NCBI RefSeq assembly: GCF_021028975.2
Contig: NC_059428.1
Coordinates: forward strand, 86,428,001-86,492,000
Source: Sphaerodactylus townsendi
Taxonomy: Eukaryota
DNA length: 64,000 nucleotides
Direction of reading: 5' to 3'
Position numbers and translations under genes: made by a program. The notes under the pieces are model-generated. The model was not told the DNA's origin and ran no database searches. It worked only from the letters and a program-made list of their open reading frames with translations. Shown in pieces: positions 1-11,703 of the stretch (positions are counted from its first letter, which is position 1; every line of letters starts with the position of its first letter).

Positions 1-1257
1 TGCCGTGAGTGAACTCAAGGATGGAAATCACCAGACACTGTGTTCTCATCATAACTCCTCATTCTTTCCCTGTTCCTCTGCCTCCAAACACCATAGCAGG
101 CTAAAGATCACCATAAGATGCTTTGAAATCACTGTTGCCGCATTCAAGCCCCCCCCCCCCCCATGCCTCCTTTCCTAAAATGTTTGATTTTTCTTGCATT
201 AGGACCTCATTATGTTGGAAAGGCCAGAGGAACATAAGTCTGGAATAGAAACAGAAAAACAAGCTGTAGCTCAACGCTGTTTTAGTATTACATTTTATGG
301 TTACATTGGCCTAGCAGTCCCCAGATGTCTGCTCATGTGACCAGTTGGGGCAGCAAAAATGAGGATTACCTCAGAGCTGGGGAAATCCCCCTAACTGTCT
401 GGTCATGGTTGATTCTTCATATTTGCATGTGGTGGATTCTGGATGGTTGAAATGACATCAATGAGTGAAAGGTACATGAGATTTGTTGGTGTTTAGAACT
501 TATACACCCTGATTTAATTCTTTTTTTACAAGTAGAAATTCAGTGATGCAAAAAGAAGCAAAACTCTGTCAGTACACTACCCAAAAGCCCAAGCCCCCAG
601 TGCCAGCGTTCCGTCAGGCAGAGGTCAAGTGGAAGCCAACTAATGTCATGTCTATCTCGGTCACGCCTCCAGAATGCCCCCACTACTCCACCGGAGGTGG
701 CAGGACCACAGGTGCTGATGTGGCAGCTGCCTTCCAGCGCATTTCCTTCCCCCGGGGGTAAGTGCCACCAGTGTAGCCCTGCGCAGCCTCCATATGTGGA
801 TTCACTCTTGCCCCCATGGATCGTGGTGTAACTTTATCAGTTAGCAAAAGGGTGACATGAAATTACCTATACCATACAGCCTTGTTTCAGCTAGGGGTGT
901 GCCCTATTCATAAATACAGTTATAATTAGTTCAAACTGAAAAATTAATGACAGTAATATTTGTAAATCTTTGCATCCAGCCATTATTCTGAAACCTAGCC
1001 TACATTTCAAGAAAACCAGAGAGATGCAGCAGATATGTAACTGACAGGGACTTGTAGTAGTCAGCCGTTCTGCACACAGATATTGTCACAAAGGATTGTG
1101 TCAATTAGTTTAAAATAATACTGAGAGTCTTTGGCCAGTCATGTTGCACAGAAGCAAATGTTTTGCACACACTGACATACAGATATGGAGGCTGGAGGGG
1201 CAAACAGAAAAAAAGTGTTACCTTCAACCTATAAGAAATGACTGCATGCAGGATTTA

Positions 1258-1470
1258 GGGAGGGGCATGGCTCAATGATAGAGCCTTTGCTTTGCATGCA
1301 GAATGTCCCAGGTTCCCTTCCTGGCCTCTCCTGTTAAAAAAATCAAGTAGCCAGTGTTGTGAAGGGCCGCCTTCTGAGACCCTAAAAAGCTGCTGACAGT
1401 CTGAGTAGATAATCATGACTGTGATAGACCAATGGTTTGATTCAGTATAAGGCAGCTTCATGTGTGTTCA
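1258..1470 (+). mobile_element. tRNA-derived SINE (Ala-like head); related degenerate copies at about 26625-26690, 28245-28320(-), 31375-31552 and 44440-44645
   Basis: A box TGGCTCAATGATAG, tgcatgcagaa, partial B box, and a shared tail ctgattcagtataaggcagcttcatgtgtt. Confidence 0.75.
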
Positions 1471-1663
1471 CAAGTAATGGACAAAGTCAGAAGCAACATA
1501 TTTTGCTGGTACTCTTGCAATCAAAATCTGGGGTGGGGGTGGTGTTACCATACAGCCCTAGCATAGCAGGTGGGGGGGGGAGTGCTTATTCACATGTGTC
1601 CCTGCCTGCGTGCCAGCCTAAAGAATGGCCTTGCAGAGATGGGGAACCGATTCTCCGGCAATA

Positions 1664-1916
1664 CTGTGTTTCCCTGAAAATAAGACAGTGTCTTATATTA
1701 ATTTTTGCTCCCAAAGATGCGCTGTGTCTTATTTTCAGGGGATGTCTTATTTTTCCACTCCACAGCTGCATGCTCTGGTGTTCTGTTCGACGGGCATGCT
1801 TCCAAACAAAAACTTTGCTATGTTGTACTTTCGAGGGATGCCTTATATTTAGCACTTCAGCAAAACCTCAACTACGTCTTATTTTCAGGGGATGTCTTAT
1901 TTTCGGGAAAACAGGG
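1664..1916. mobile_element. Tc1/pogo (Tc2-like) MITE
   Basis: TIRs ctgtgtttccctgaaaataagac / gtcttattttcgggaaaacaggg; TA on both sides (1662-1663, 1917-1918); repeated subterminal motif. Confidence 0.8.
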
Positions 1917-3172
1917 TAGCCAGATCTACCTGCAAGGAATTTCCAGAATTTATTTATTTCTCTTTCTTTCTGTTCTCATGCTCTCAGCTTGCTTGCCATA
2001 GCAGCGCATTTTCAGCTCCACAGCCAAAGAAGAATGTGTCCTCAACACAATACAGTAGCCCTGCTGAATGGATACTCATTTCCAGCCACAAGAGGACCTC
2101 TGATGTCATTGCCTCCCCTGATTATCTTAACCCAGATACTCCCTTCTGTAATTAACATATTCAAGCCATCTTACAATGCACTCTATTGTTTCTCAAACAG
2201 TCCATCCAGACACCTCCCAGAGGTTATCCCAGCACCTCCCAAAGGTTGTCCTGACACCCCCTCCAAAGGTGGTTCTTTACTTATAAATGTCCTACTCTCC
2301 AAAGGGCCAATTGCTCAGTGCCACTGACACCTTTCCACTTTGTCACTGTGCCCAATGCATTGTTTCCTGGAACCAGCACTGGCCATTTAATTCTGAATCC
2401 CAGATCTCCTTCCTGTCACAATCAGGTCATATTCCCCACATATACATATCTCCCATCCCATACCCCACTCTATTCCAAACCTACTTTCCAACCTATTTAT
2501 ATCTTAGGAACTCTCTGTGTATTTACTGCATTGAAACAAGTGATTGTGAACCTCTTATCCCTACAATATTGTCAAATTTGCATTATATTCCTCTCTGTGG
2601 ATTTTCTTCCAAGAGCTGATATTTGTATACATTGATATTAAAGATTCCCTACCCAGCCTCTTGCAATATTAAAAAGCAGACTGCTCTGAGCTAATTTTCC
2701 TCACATATTGAGAGACTGCGTCGCCATCCTGGGTAACAGTGGGGAGGAGAAGGTCTAGAAACCAATGTTTCTGTTGTTCCATCCAGCTGTCTGACTGACA
2801 TCTACATCTTTTCACAACAGTGTGTATGTGATGCAATCAACCCCACACACAGAACCAAACCAGTCCAGACATGAGATATCAGTGATCAGTATGTAATCTT
2901 TCTCAATGTCCTAAATGTCTCTTTAAAACAGCTGCAAATGTAAACAGTTTCAGATCTAGGCCATGGTACTGGAGTGGAACTTAATACCCCCTCCCATTTC
3001 CCCAATGAACAGATGAATACAGCATTTAAGATGTACAAAAGTAACATCTAAACGTGAAATGGAAGCCATACCCACTGTCTGATTTCCTAAATCCTTGAAT
3101 TTTACTCTTGTAAGAAGGACTGACACTAGTCCCCTTATAAACATTCATATGCAGCTCAGTTAAGTTATTACC

Positions 3173-5290
3173 CAGAGGCATATCTAGGGGAAATGGAGCC
3201 CGGGGATAAAATCTGAGTTTTGCGCCCCCCACCCCCCATTGGCAGCTGCCCTTCCCCACCGTGACCAAACAATGATTTTTTTACACCTGGTCGTTTCAAA
3301 GTCACCATCACATTATAGAACATCCCCCAACTCACAAATCTGAACACAACAATGGGCCATGCCACACAGCAGAAATAAATTTTTTTGAAAACGTTTTCAA
3401 AATGTTTTCAAAATATTTTATTACTGCTGTGAAAACATTTTATGGTGTTGTATCCAGTCCCCCCAATTGGGGGAAACAGCATCACTTTCAATGTTATTTA
3501 AACTGGGGACCCCAGATTCTTACTTTACAGTGGATTTAAAAGGAGAATCTGGGCTCCCTAGTTTAAACAAGTGATGCTGGAATCCACCCACAAACAGCAT
3601 TATTTTCAAGTAGCGGGGCCCGGACACGCGTTGCTGTGGCAATTGTCCTTCTCAACACAGACTGCAACCCACACAGATGTCCATGCAGGTCCAATGATCC
3701 GCAGCATAGCCTTTTGGGGTGGTCAATTCACATTGTTATATGGTGGTGTCTTGTTTTTTTAGTATAAGGTAACCCTTTCCATTCCACAACAGAACTGTCC
3801 AGAGAGCGAATCCCGCTGTCCATGAGGCTGGTTGACACGTACAGTCCTGGCTTGGGGAAGGCAGAACTGGGGCAAGCAGGCTATCCCAGTCAGGCAGCAG
3901 AGGCAGGGTGGTGAGGCGCTCAGATTGAGGTCAGCTCCCTGGGTTCTTAAAGGGCCATGTGCAAAAGAAGCGGAGCCAGTAGTGTTGGTTCGCCCCCACC
4001 CTTGCGGATTTTCTAAGAAGAAAAAGGCAAATTCCAGCTCGCTTTTAGTAAAAGAGAGCTGTGGTGAATATGGGTGAGGAAGTGGGTAAGTGGTGATTGG
4101 ATGTGAGGGAGGGCAGAGTGAGGTGTGTGAGGATGAGCTGGATGTGTATGAGAGTAAGTCTGTTGCGTGGTAGCAGTGGGTGAGGCACAGAGAGTGAAAG
4201 TTACCTGCGTGTGGGTGGGGGAACCCCAGCTGATGTCTCACATGGCAAAGTGTGTATGTGTTTCACTTCCACTCTATTACCTAACAGTATTACCTATTTA
4301 CTGTTTTCAATGCTCATCTCTGCCTATCTGCGCGAATATTCTAAGGGCATACCAACTCCTCAGGCCACAGACATGCTGCACGAACATTCTAAGGGTGACA
4401 GTTAAACACAGCCAGCTTCATGGCCTGGTGCGCCAGGAAAAAGACGTTTTACCTGGCTCTGGTATGGACTTTCCGTAATTTGAAGGTCTGATTACCTGCC
4501 TGCAACAGGGAGGGACGTCATGTGAAAATTTGGGGGCGATCCGTCCAGCTGTTTCCGCGTTCGGGCATGACTAACAAAGTCACTGTTAGCTTTTTATATA
4601 TATAGATGGTGTTTAAACAAGGGAGCCCAGATTCTCCTTTTAAATCCACCTTAAAGGGAGAATCTGGGGTCCCTAGTTAAAACAACATTGAAAGTGATGC
4701 TGTTTGGGGGTGGATTCTCCCCCACCCTGAAACAGCATCACTTTCAATGTTTAAACTGGGGACCTCACATTCTCCCTTTAAATTCATGCCGAAGGGGGCG
4801 TTTTTAAAAGGAGAATCTGGGGAAATTTGGGGGGGAGGTGCCTGCTGTCAGGGGTGCAATTATTAAGATAGCAGCACCAAAATTTCAGAGTATCTTCAGG
4901 AGACCCTCCTGATGATACCATCCAGGTTTGGTGAAGTTTGGTTCAGGGGGTCCAAAATTATGGAACCTCAAAGGTGTAGCTCCTATCTCCTATTAGCTTC
5001 CATTGGAAACAATGGGGGATGGGGGCACACCCTTTGGGAGTCCATAACTTTGGACCCCCTGAACCAAACTTCACCAAACCTGGGTGATATCATCAGGAGA
5101 GTCTCCCAAAAAATCCCTAAAATTTTAGTGCTGCTAGCCTAAAACCTGCACCCCCTGCCAAAACAGAAAAAACACTAAAAATACAAAAAAACCCCCCCAC
5201 AAACGGACCTGCATTTCTTGCGCCCCCCCCCCACAAGGGGGTGCCCATAGACATTTGACTCCCCATGTCTCCATTGCAGTTACTCCACTA
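3173..5290. mobile_element. Composite non-autonomous DNA-transposon-like repeat (hAT/Tip100-like ends), interrupted by a Helitron
   Basis: The left end cagaggcatatctaggggaaatgg resembles the reverse complement of the end at about 16240-16267; internal inverted repeats (ggagaatctggg, tttggttcagggggtccaaa) recur at 15100-15660, 18800-18935 and 61860-62570; no clear TSD. Confidence 0.5.
3610..4606 (-). mobile_element. Non-autonomous Helitron (about 1 kb)
   Basis: On the minus strand it starts 5'-TCTATATATAT and ends with the hairpin gccacagcaacgcgtgtc then CTAC (decayed CTAG); inserted between A and T; removing it restores the host motif ttttcaatggtgtttaaac. Confidence 0.75.
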
Positions 5291-5382
5291 TCACCACATG
5301 CGACGTTGGTCTCAAATTATGTTCTACTCCTATGTCAGAGTGCTGAACACCACTACCATCCAGTACGGATAGCATATTCAGA

Positions 5383-5388
5383 TTTATT
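5383..5388 (-). terminator. Candidate PRPS2 polyadenylation signal (AATAAA), about 2 kb after the stop codon
   Basis: tttatt on + strand, U-rich sequence upstream on the minus strand, at the end of a repeat-poor AT-rich UTR-like stretch; another AATAAA lies at about 5847-5852. Confidence 0.45.
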
Positions 5389-7410
5389 GAAAGAAAAAAT
5401 GTAAGCAACCTTTTCCAGACGACATTTGAAACAGAGACCTGATCTAAAACTTGTCACAAATAAAAGATTCAGTTGCTTTGAAAAGATTATGGCTTTTTTA
5501 AAAAGCACAAAACATCCGAAGAATTATAGGATATAACCAAAACTATGGAAGTTGAGTGAAATCCTTCCTCCTTTGGCAGTGGCTCCTAGAGTTATTTAGG
5601 TTGGAGAAAAACTAATTAGGCTGGAAGGAAGCTTCAAAGTTTGCTGAGTACAGTGGTAGAAAACAAGCCATTTTGGGTGGGGGGGGGATATACTCTTTGG
5701 TTCATTAACTTTATGCATTTTTAGTTACCGTTTCCCTCTGTCCTCCTTTTTGTCAAACATAGCAATCAAGGAATGCATTTGAATGTACCTCAAGGCTAGC
5801 CAGTGAAAGCCATTTTAAACTTCCATTCATATTTTCATCTTTTTACTTTATTTTTGCTGTGAAACAAAGGTAGCTGTTATATTCGCAAGACAGCATCTGT
5901 GCACTGCTATCCAATGGGATTATGCACATCCATTAAGAAGAGGAATTGGATGCAGTCTGCATTTATTTTAAGAATGCCAACTTTGGCAGCTGCCTTAATG
6001 AGAAGTTAGCAACTAGTTTCAAACTGTGGATTACTCCATTTTACAGCAGGGTATTTATAATACTGTTTCAGTTCCCCCACAGGTGGAATATTTCAGTTCT
6101 TCTGGAAAGTATTTTAATGCAAAGAAAATATGGATTATTTTCATGGTTTCTTTTTTATATTAAGGATGATAAGAATCCAACTAGAACAGAAAGAGGCCAA
6201 TTTTAGAACTATTACTATGGCTCAAATAAGCTCTAATAGAAAAATTAAGGGCAAATAGTTACAGAGGTTGAATATTGGTGCCTTGAGGCTCATCGAAGTA
6301 AAGAAGAGAGAGATGGCTGAAGCATCATCTCACTTTGGCAAGAACAACAGTGGAACTTCCAGAGGTTTCACAAATATTATAAGGATAAACTGCCAATGGA
6401 CGTGACTTTTCAATATTAAAAAACGTTATGCATTAGAACTAGGCACTAATGTCAACAGTTACTGTTTTAGTTTTTGTAATGTATTGTATTGATTGTGAGG
6501 TACTGTATTGTTTTAAGAGTCTGCAGCTGTTGCACTGGAATTGGTAATCAGTAGGTGTGTTATATTGAGCACAGCTGCAGAGTGATTTTAGGCTTTGTGT
6601 GTGGAGCAGCCATGAAATAAAGTACCATGTTTTGTTCCTCCGACTCCTGATTTCTGAGACATAACAGTTTTAAAATGGCTTCATGTGCTCTAAACCTGAT
6701 TTTTTAAATCACTAAGCAAAACGTTGAAAGCTCAGAAAACCACCTTTAGTTGGGAGACCATGATTTAGAATCAACAGTGCAATTCTAAGCAGCTCTACTT
6801 AGACTTTTACATAAGTTTGATCAGCAGGGCTAACTCCCAGGAAAATGTGCTTAAGAATGCATTGTAAAAATGCCAATTCATAAATCAAATAAACTGTGGC
6901 TACAAGTCAGCTATGAGACCAGACATTTCAGAAGATGTTTTACTTGTTCATTATTGAATAGACATTTTCAAGACAAGTATATAAACTGCCCACAAACAAT
7001 TTATCTGCTAGCTTAAGACAGGGCACTAATGTCTTCAGAAGGACAAAAATATAGGCCCACTACCCAATTTTTAAACATCTGTTGCAAATCTATATTATGA
7101 GTCTGTGTGAGGTTTGATAACTATAAGTGAAAAAAATCTGTTGCATAAAAGCTCCTGAGATAACTTTGGCCTTTGTCACAAAATATTTGCCCATCTCAGT
7201 AATCAAATGTTATATTTCCACATTTAAAGCCCCAAGAGAATTTATAAAAAGTTTTACCCAAAAAAGTAGTCCATTTTATATACTGATATGACATATTGTC
7301 CATATAAGAGGGGATGTATGACACTTTCATAGACATTCAGTATCTTAACTATGTGCTGCATTTTTTTAATATGTTGTTGCTAAGTTCAGCTTGCCAGGAT
7401 CAGTTTGCAG

Positions 7411-7503
<93 letters not shown>

Positions 7504-7810
7504 CTAGAAAATAAGCAAAGAAAAAGAAGGTAAAAAGTTGAAAGCAGTAGGAAAAGAAGAAGATCCAATATGAGAGGGATTGATTCAATAAAGTAAGCCA
7601 TGCCTTCAGTTAGTTTAGTTTATCAGATTTTTATGCCACCCCTCCCTTTTCAAGCTCATAAGCCTGTTAACCATGGGATATTTTGGAGGTCATTTAATTC
7701 ACAGGTGTGCCAGAGGTTGGAGGTGGCTTGATGGCACATTAAATACACACAAAAGGCGATAGGAAAGCAAACATTACAAGTGCAAGCTGTCTGTCTAAAA
7801 ATTGATAGAA

Positions 7811-7995
7811 CAGTGGTTCTCAACCTTCCTAATGCTGTGACCCTTTAATACAGTTCCTCATGTTGTGATGACCCTAACCCTAACATTTATCCATTTTACA
7901 GATGGAGAACACTGATGTAGAGAGTCTTAGGCGACCCCTGTGAAAGGGTAGTTCAACCCCCAAAGGGGTCCCGACCCCCAGGCTGAGAACCACTG
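7811..7995 (+). mobile_element. SPIN-family hAT MITE (URR1-like)
   Basis: TIR CAGTGGTTCTCAACCT...GCTGAGAACCACTG; SPIN-type interior (cctttaatacagttcctcatgttgtg, ggcgacccctgtgaaaggg); perfect 8-bp TSD tgatagaa. Confidence 0.88.
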
Positions 7996-8029
7996 TGATA
8001 GAAGGACAAATGCATTAATCCGCCTCTAA

Positions 8030-8042
8030 CCACTAGAGGGCA
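8030..8042 (+). promoter_or_regulatory. Candidate CTCF site CCACTAGAGGGCA in PRPS2 intron 6
   Basis: Close match to the core consensus CCASYAGRKGGCR; motif only. Confidence 0.45.
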
Positions 8043-8182
8043 ATGAGAAGCCATTTCAAGCACAGTCAAAACTATTTACAGGAAGCCTCCTTAATTCTAC
8101 TGAACCATTTACAGAACCACCATTCACCAGTGGTTTGGTATAGAGGCATTCAGTTAGTCCAAATATCAACCAATGTCTAAAT

Positions 8183-8319
8183 TGGGGTGGCCAACCTATG
8201 GTGCTCCAGATGTTTATGGACTACAATTCCTATCAGCCCCTGCCAATTGGTCATGCTGGCAAGGGCTGATGGGAATTGTAGTCCATGAACATCTGGATCA
8301 CCATAGGTTGGCCACCCCG
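8183..8319. mobile_element. Palindromic hAT MITE
   Basis: Nearly full-length inverted repeat; 8-bp TSD gtctaaat (8175-8182, 8320-8327). Confidence 0.88.
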
Positions 8320-8795
8320 GTCTAAATGATACCTTTACCCTTCGTTTACATTTCTAACAGTTTTTTATGTTCTTTTAGAAAATAAAAGTATAAATAGCAG
8401 GTACACTTGGCTGCAGAATTGGGTGTGTGCCACAAGTATCTCTATCTTCTGTATTTGGTTCATCAACTCTCAGCTTTCTCAGAAGCAACCAATCTGGCCA
8501 TAATAATTAATGCTTTTGTGAGCTACTGAAGCTTAGTTTGAAATGTGGCAGCTCAATTACTGTCAGGGGCTTGCTGACAAGAACAAATCTGCCTATTTTA
8601 AAGCAGTTTGTTTTGGAGTTCAATCTAAGGTGCTGCCTTTGATCTTTTTACAACCTAACACCCACCTATCTAAAGGACTGTTTCTCCCAATGCACCAAAA
8701 ACAGCCCTTAGCTTGGAGCTTATTGGCTTATCTCTTCCTTAAGGTAGCCCTGCTGGCATTAACAGGACCCCTTTAATCTCCGCCATAGTTCTCCA

Positions 8796-9102
8796 GAGGA
8801 GCAGCAGTGGCGTAGTGGTTAAGAGCAGGTGTACTCTAATCTGGAGAAACCAGGTTTGACTCCCTGCTCTGCCACTTGAGCTGTGGAAGCTTATCTGCTG
8901 AATTCAGATTAGCCTGTGCACTCCAACACACGCCAGCTGGGTGACCTTGGGCTAGTCACAGTTCTTCTGAGCTCTCTCAGCCCCACCTACCTCACAGGGT
9001 GTTTGTTGTGAGGGGGAAAGGGAAAGGAGATTGTCAGTCCCTTTGAGTCTCCTTGCAGGAGAGAAAGGGGGGATATAAATCCAACTCTTCTTCTTCTTCT
9101 TC
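8796..9102 (+). mobile_element. Squam3-like tRNA/CORE SINE, full length; a 3' partial copy lies at about 15340-15482
   Basis: A box TGGCGTAGTGG, B-box-like GGTTTGACTCC, CORE-like gggtgaccttgggctagtca, tail ggatataaatccaac(tct)n. Confidence 0.8.
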
Positions 9103-10091
9103 TTTGTGGACCTGGTTCTCTGAGGAAACTCTGGATGATTTTAGGAGCTACTGCAGGGCATTTTACTTGCTAGGGCTTTTAATGGGATGTAGGATGCAGG
9201 TACTTATATGCGTGTGGGGTTTTACTGTGTTTGGATGTTTTCAGTCTGGACTTGTAAACTGCCTTGAGCCACAAAGAAAAGATGGGATATAAATATTTTA
9301 GTAAATAAATATGGTGCTGCAGTGGCTTGACCTGTCCCTCCTCTTCCAAGCAAATTCTTTCCCAAAGAAAGTTCTAGGCTGAGACAGCCTCAGCAATCTT
9401 CACGTGCTGAGAAAATTCGTAGGATTCTTTGTGAGCGTGGCCATTTTATGATCCAGCTGTACTTTGTTCATGATGATTCAGGAACATTTGTGTATGCAAG
9501 GTGTTTTATGCAGTCTCCTAGCAGCTTCAGACTACAAAGACAATGAATCATAAAAAAAAGAGAACCACACTAAAACTCAGCAGCAATAAAACCAATCAGA
9601 TAGATCAACAATAACAAGCCTGAAACACATGGGGTGATGGCTGAGGCAGACTGGATAGCTGCAGCTGTTCGTTTTTCCTTGTAGGGTTTGGCCTGACCAG
9701 TAATACATTATTGTGGTGTTACACTAATAGTATAGCGCATGTAACCAGTTCTACAAACTGAATTGAAAGGCTTGAAGGCAGCTCAGCAGGGAACAGGCTG
9801 CAGCGAGGGGGAGAGGGGAGGAAAGTCATGTTCCTTCTGCCCATGGAAACACTTCATTAGATCTAAGCTTAAATCTGGTACTTATCAACACTCTCAGATG
9901 AGAGAGAGATGGATTTTGATAGCACAAGAATGGGCATTTTAGGTTTCAGATATTTAAACTGTCCAAGAAACACAGATAGAGGAATCTCTCAAGAGTTTAT
10001 TTCCTCCATTTCTTATCTGTGAAACCCAAATTAAAGTGATATTCCAAGGTACAGACTGAGATGAGCTGCACAAAATATGCCAGTACATTAC

Positions 10092-10251
10092 CTGAATCTT
10101 GGGACAATGTTTCATTTTTTCTTCTTGTGGGATTGTGTTTGTTACCACCACTGCTTCAAAAGCTGCATTGTTGATCCGAGAAATAGCAGGGCCAGAGAAA
10201 ATCCCATGAGTAAGGATGGCATAAACCTTAGTTGCTCCTGCAGACACTAGT
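10092..10251 (-). CDS. PRPS2: PRPS2 coding exon 6 ([53 protein letters not shown])
   Basis: 160 nt; ttttatAG| acceptor and CAG|GTAATG donor; lies inside ORF 9954..10295. Confidence 0.97.
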
Positions 10252-10882
10252 CTATAAAACACAGGGTAGGAAAAACACTTGATAAACAAACTCATAATTC
10301 TAGATAGCGACTTTCAGGAACCAGCAAACCTAATTACATCCATGTTTTTATCAGTACAAAGAAAACCATTTTCAATGTAATAAAAAGTGCTGTTTCAAGA
10401 GTCTTCTGACTGGGTTGGATAACCTGCTAGGCAAATGGAACATTTTGTGATCTGTATCTTTCGGGTACTTTGAGGTACTTAAAGTTAAACTACATAAAGC
10501 TTTATAATTGTCTGTTTCATGCCATATGCACTCAAGTAAGCGAGCACTGCAATAGAAGCTGGCAAATGAAGATTGCTTCTCATCTATTCAAGTTCCTAAA
10601 GGCATCTGCAGCCTCCTCCTTTATATCCTGGTTTATTTCCACAGATGAGAGCACATCTTGATAAAACCATCAGAATATTGAATCCAAACAATACCTGGTA
10701 CAGAGTAGTGTCAGAACCACATAGAATGGACACATTCTATTTTATCAACGTTTCTATAGTTTCAACGTTTCTACAGTAAAGCTTAAAAATAATGCTTGTC
10801 TACTGTTTGAGAGTATTCTGGAACCTCCTTGTGCAAAAAGAAATTCAATGAACACAAAAACAGCTACAACTGAAATTATGTT

Positions 10883-11447
10883 TGATTGAGGATGATTGAG
10901 GGATTGGAGCACCTTCCTTATGAGGAGAGGCTGCAGCATTTGGGACTCTTTAGTTTGAAGAGGAGACATCTGAGGGGGGATATGACTGAAGTCTATAAAA
11001 TTATGCATGGAGTGGAAAATGTTGACAGAGAGAAATTTTTCTCTCTTTCTCACAATACTAGAACCAGGAGGCATACATTGAAAATGCTGGGGGGAAGAAT
11101 AAGGACTAATAAAAGGAAACATTTCTTCACACAACGCGTGATTGGTGTTTGGAATATGCTGCCACAGGAGGTGGTGATGGCCATTAACCAGGATAGCTTT
11201 AAAAGGGGCTTGGACAGATTTATGGAGGAGAAGTCGATGTATGGCTACCAATATTGATCCTCCTTGATCTCAGATTGCAAATGCCTTAGCAGACCAGGTG
11301 CTCAGGAGCAGCAGCAGCAGAAGGCCATTGCTTTCACATCCTGCACGTGAGCTCCCAAAGGCATCTGGGGGGCCACTGCGAGTAGCAGAGTGCTGGACTA
11401 GATGGACTCTGGTCTGATCCAGCAGGCTCCTTCTTATGTTCTTATGT
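10883..11447 (+). mobile_element. CR1 LINE 3' fragment (ORF2 C-terminus plus 3'UTR)
   Basis: ORF 10886..11257 with LPYEERLQHLGLFSL..LRGDM..VYKI and FFTQRV..WN.LP motifs; ends in cttatgttcttatgt repeats. Confidence 0.92.
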
Positions 11448-11529
11448 AAGAAACATTCTCTGTTCGCCAGTTCATCTTGTCTTGCATATTATTGTGCTCA
11501 GAGGTCTAAATCTCTTAGGGTTTACTCAC

Positions 11530-11703
11530 TTGTCCGCTGCATAACAAACTGTGCCACATGTGTCTGCCATATCATCCACAAGAATTGCGACACGACCAGT
11601 CACATCACCAACCAATACCATTCTGTCCACTTCATTGGCTTTTTTTCTCTCTTTGTGAATCAGGGCAAATTCAACATTAAGTCTGTCAGCAATTGAAGTG
11701 ACC
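11530..11703 (-). CDS. PRPS2: PRPS2 coding exon 5 ([59 protein letters not shown])
   Basis: 174 nt; atAG| acceptor and |GTGAGT donor; PRPP-binding motif [12 protein letters not shown]; NVEF is PRPS2-type. Confidence 0.97.

Noticed and set aside
1-3100. Possible TLR7 5' exons expected by synteny
   Set aside because: No LRR or TIR coding sequence and no supportable exon; non-coding first exons cannot be called from sequence alone
5969-5984. 16-mer taagaatgccaacttt repeated at about 33512
   Set aside because: One AT-rich 16-mer match is compatible with chance in 64 kb
8183-8319. miRNA-like hairpin (also 25027-25172)
   Set aside because: The 8-bp TSDs and TIRs identify these as hAT MITEs; there is no expression evidence
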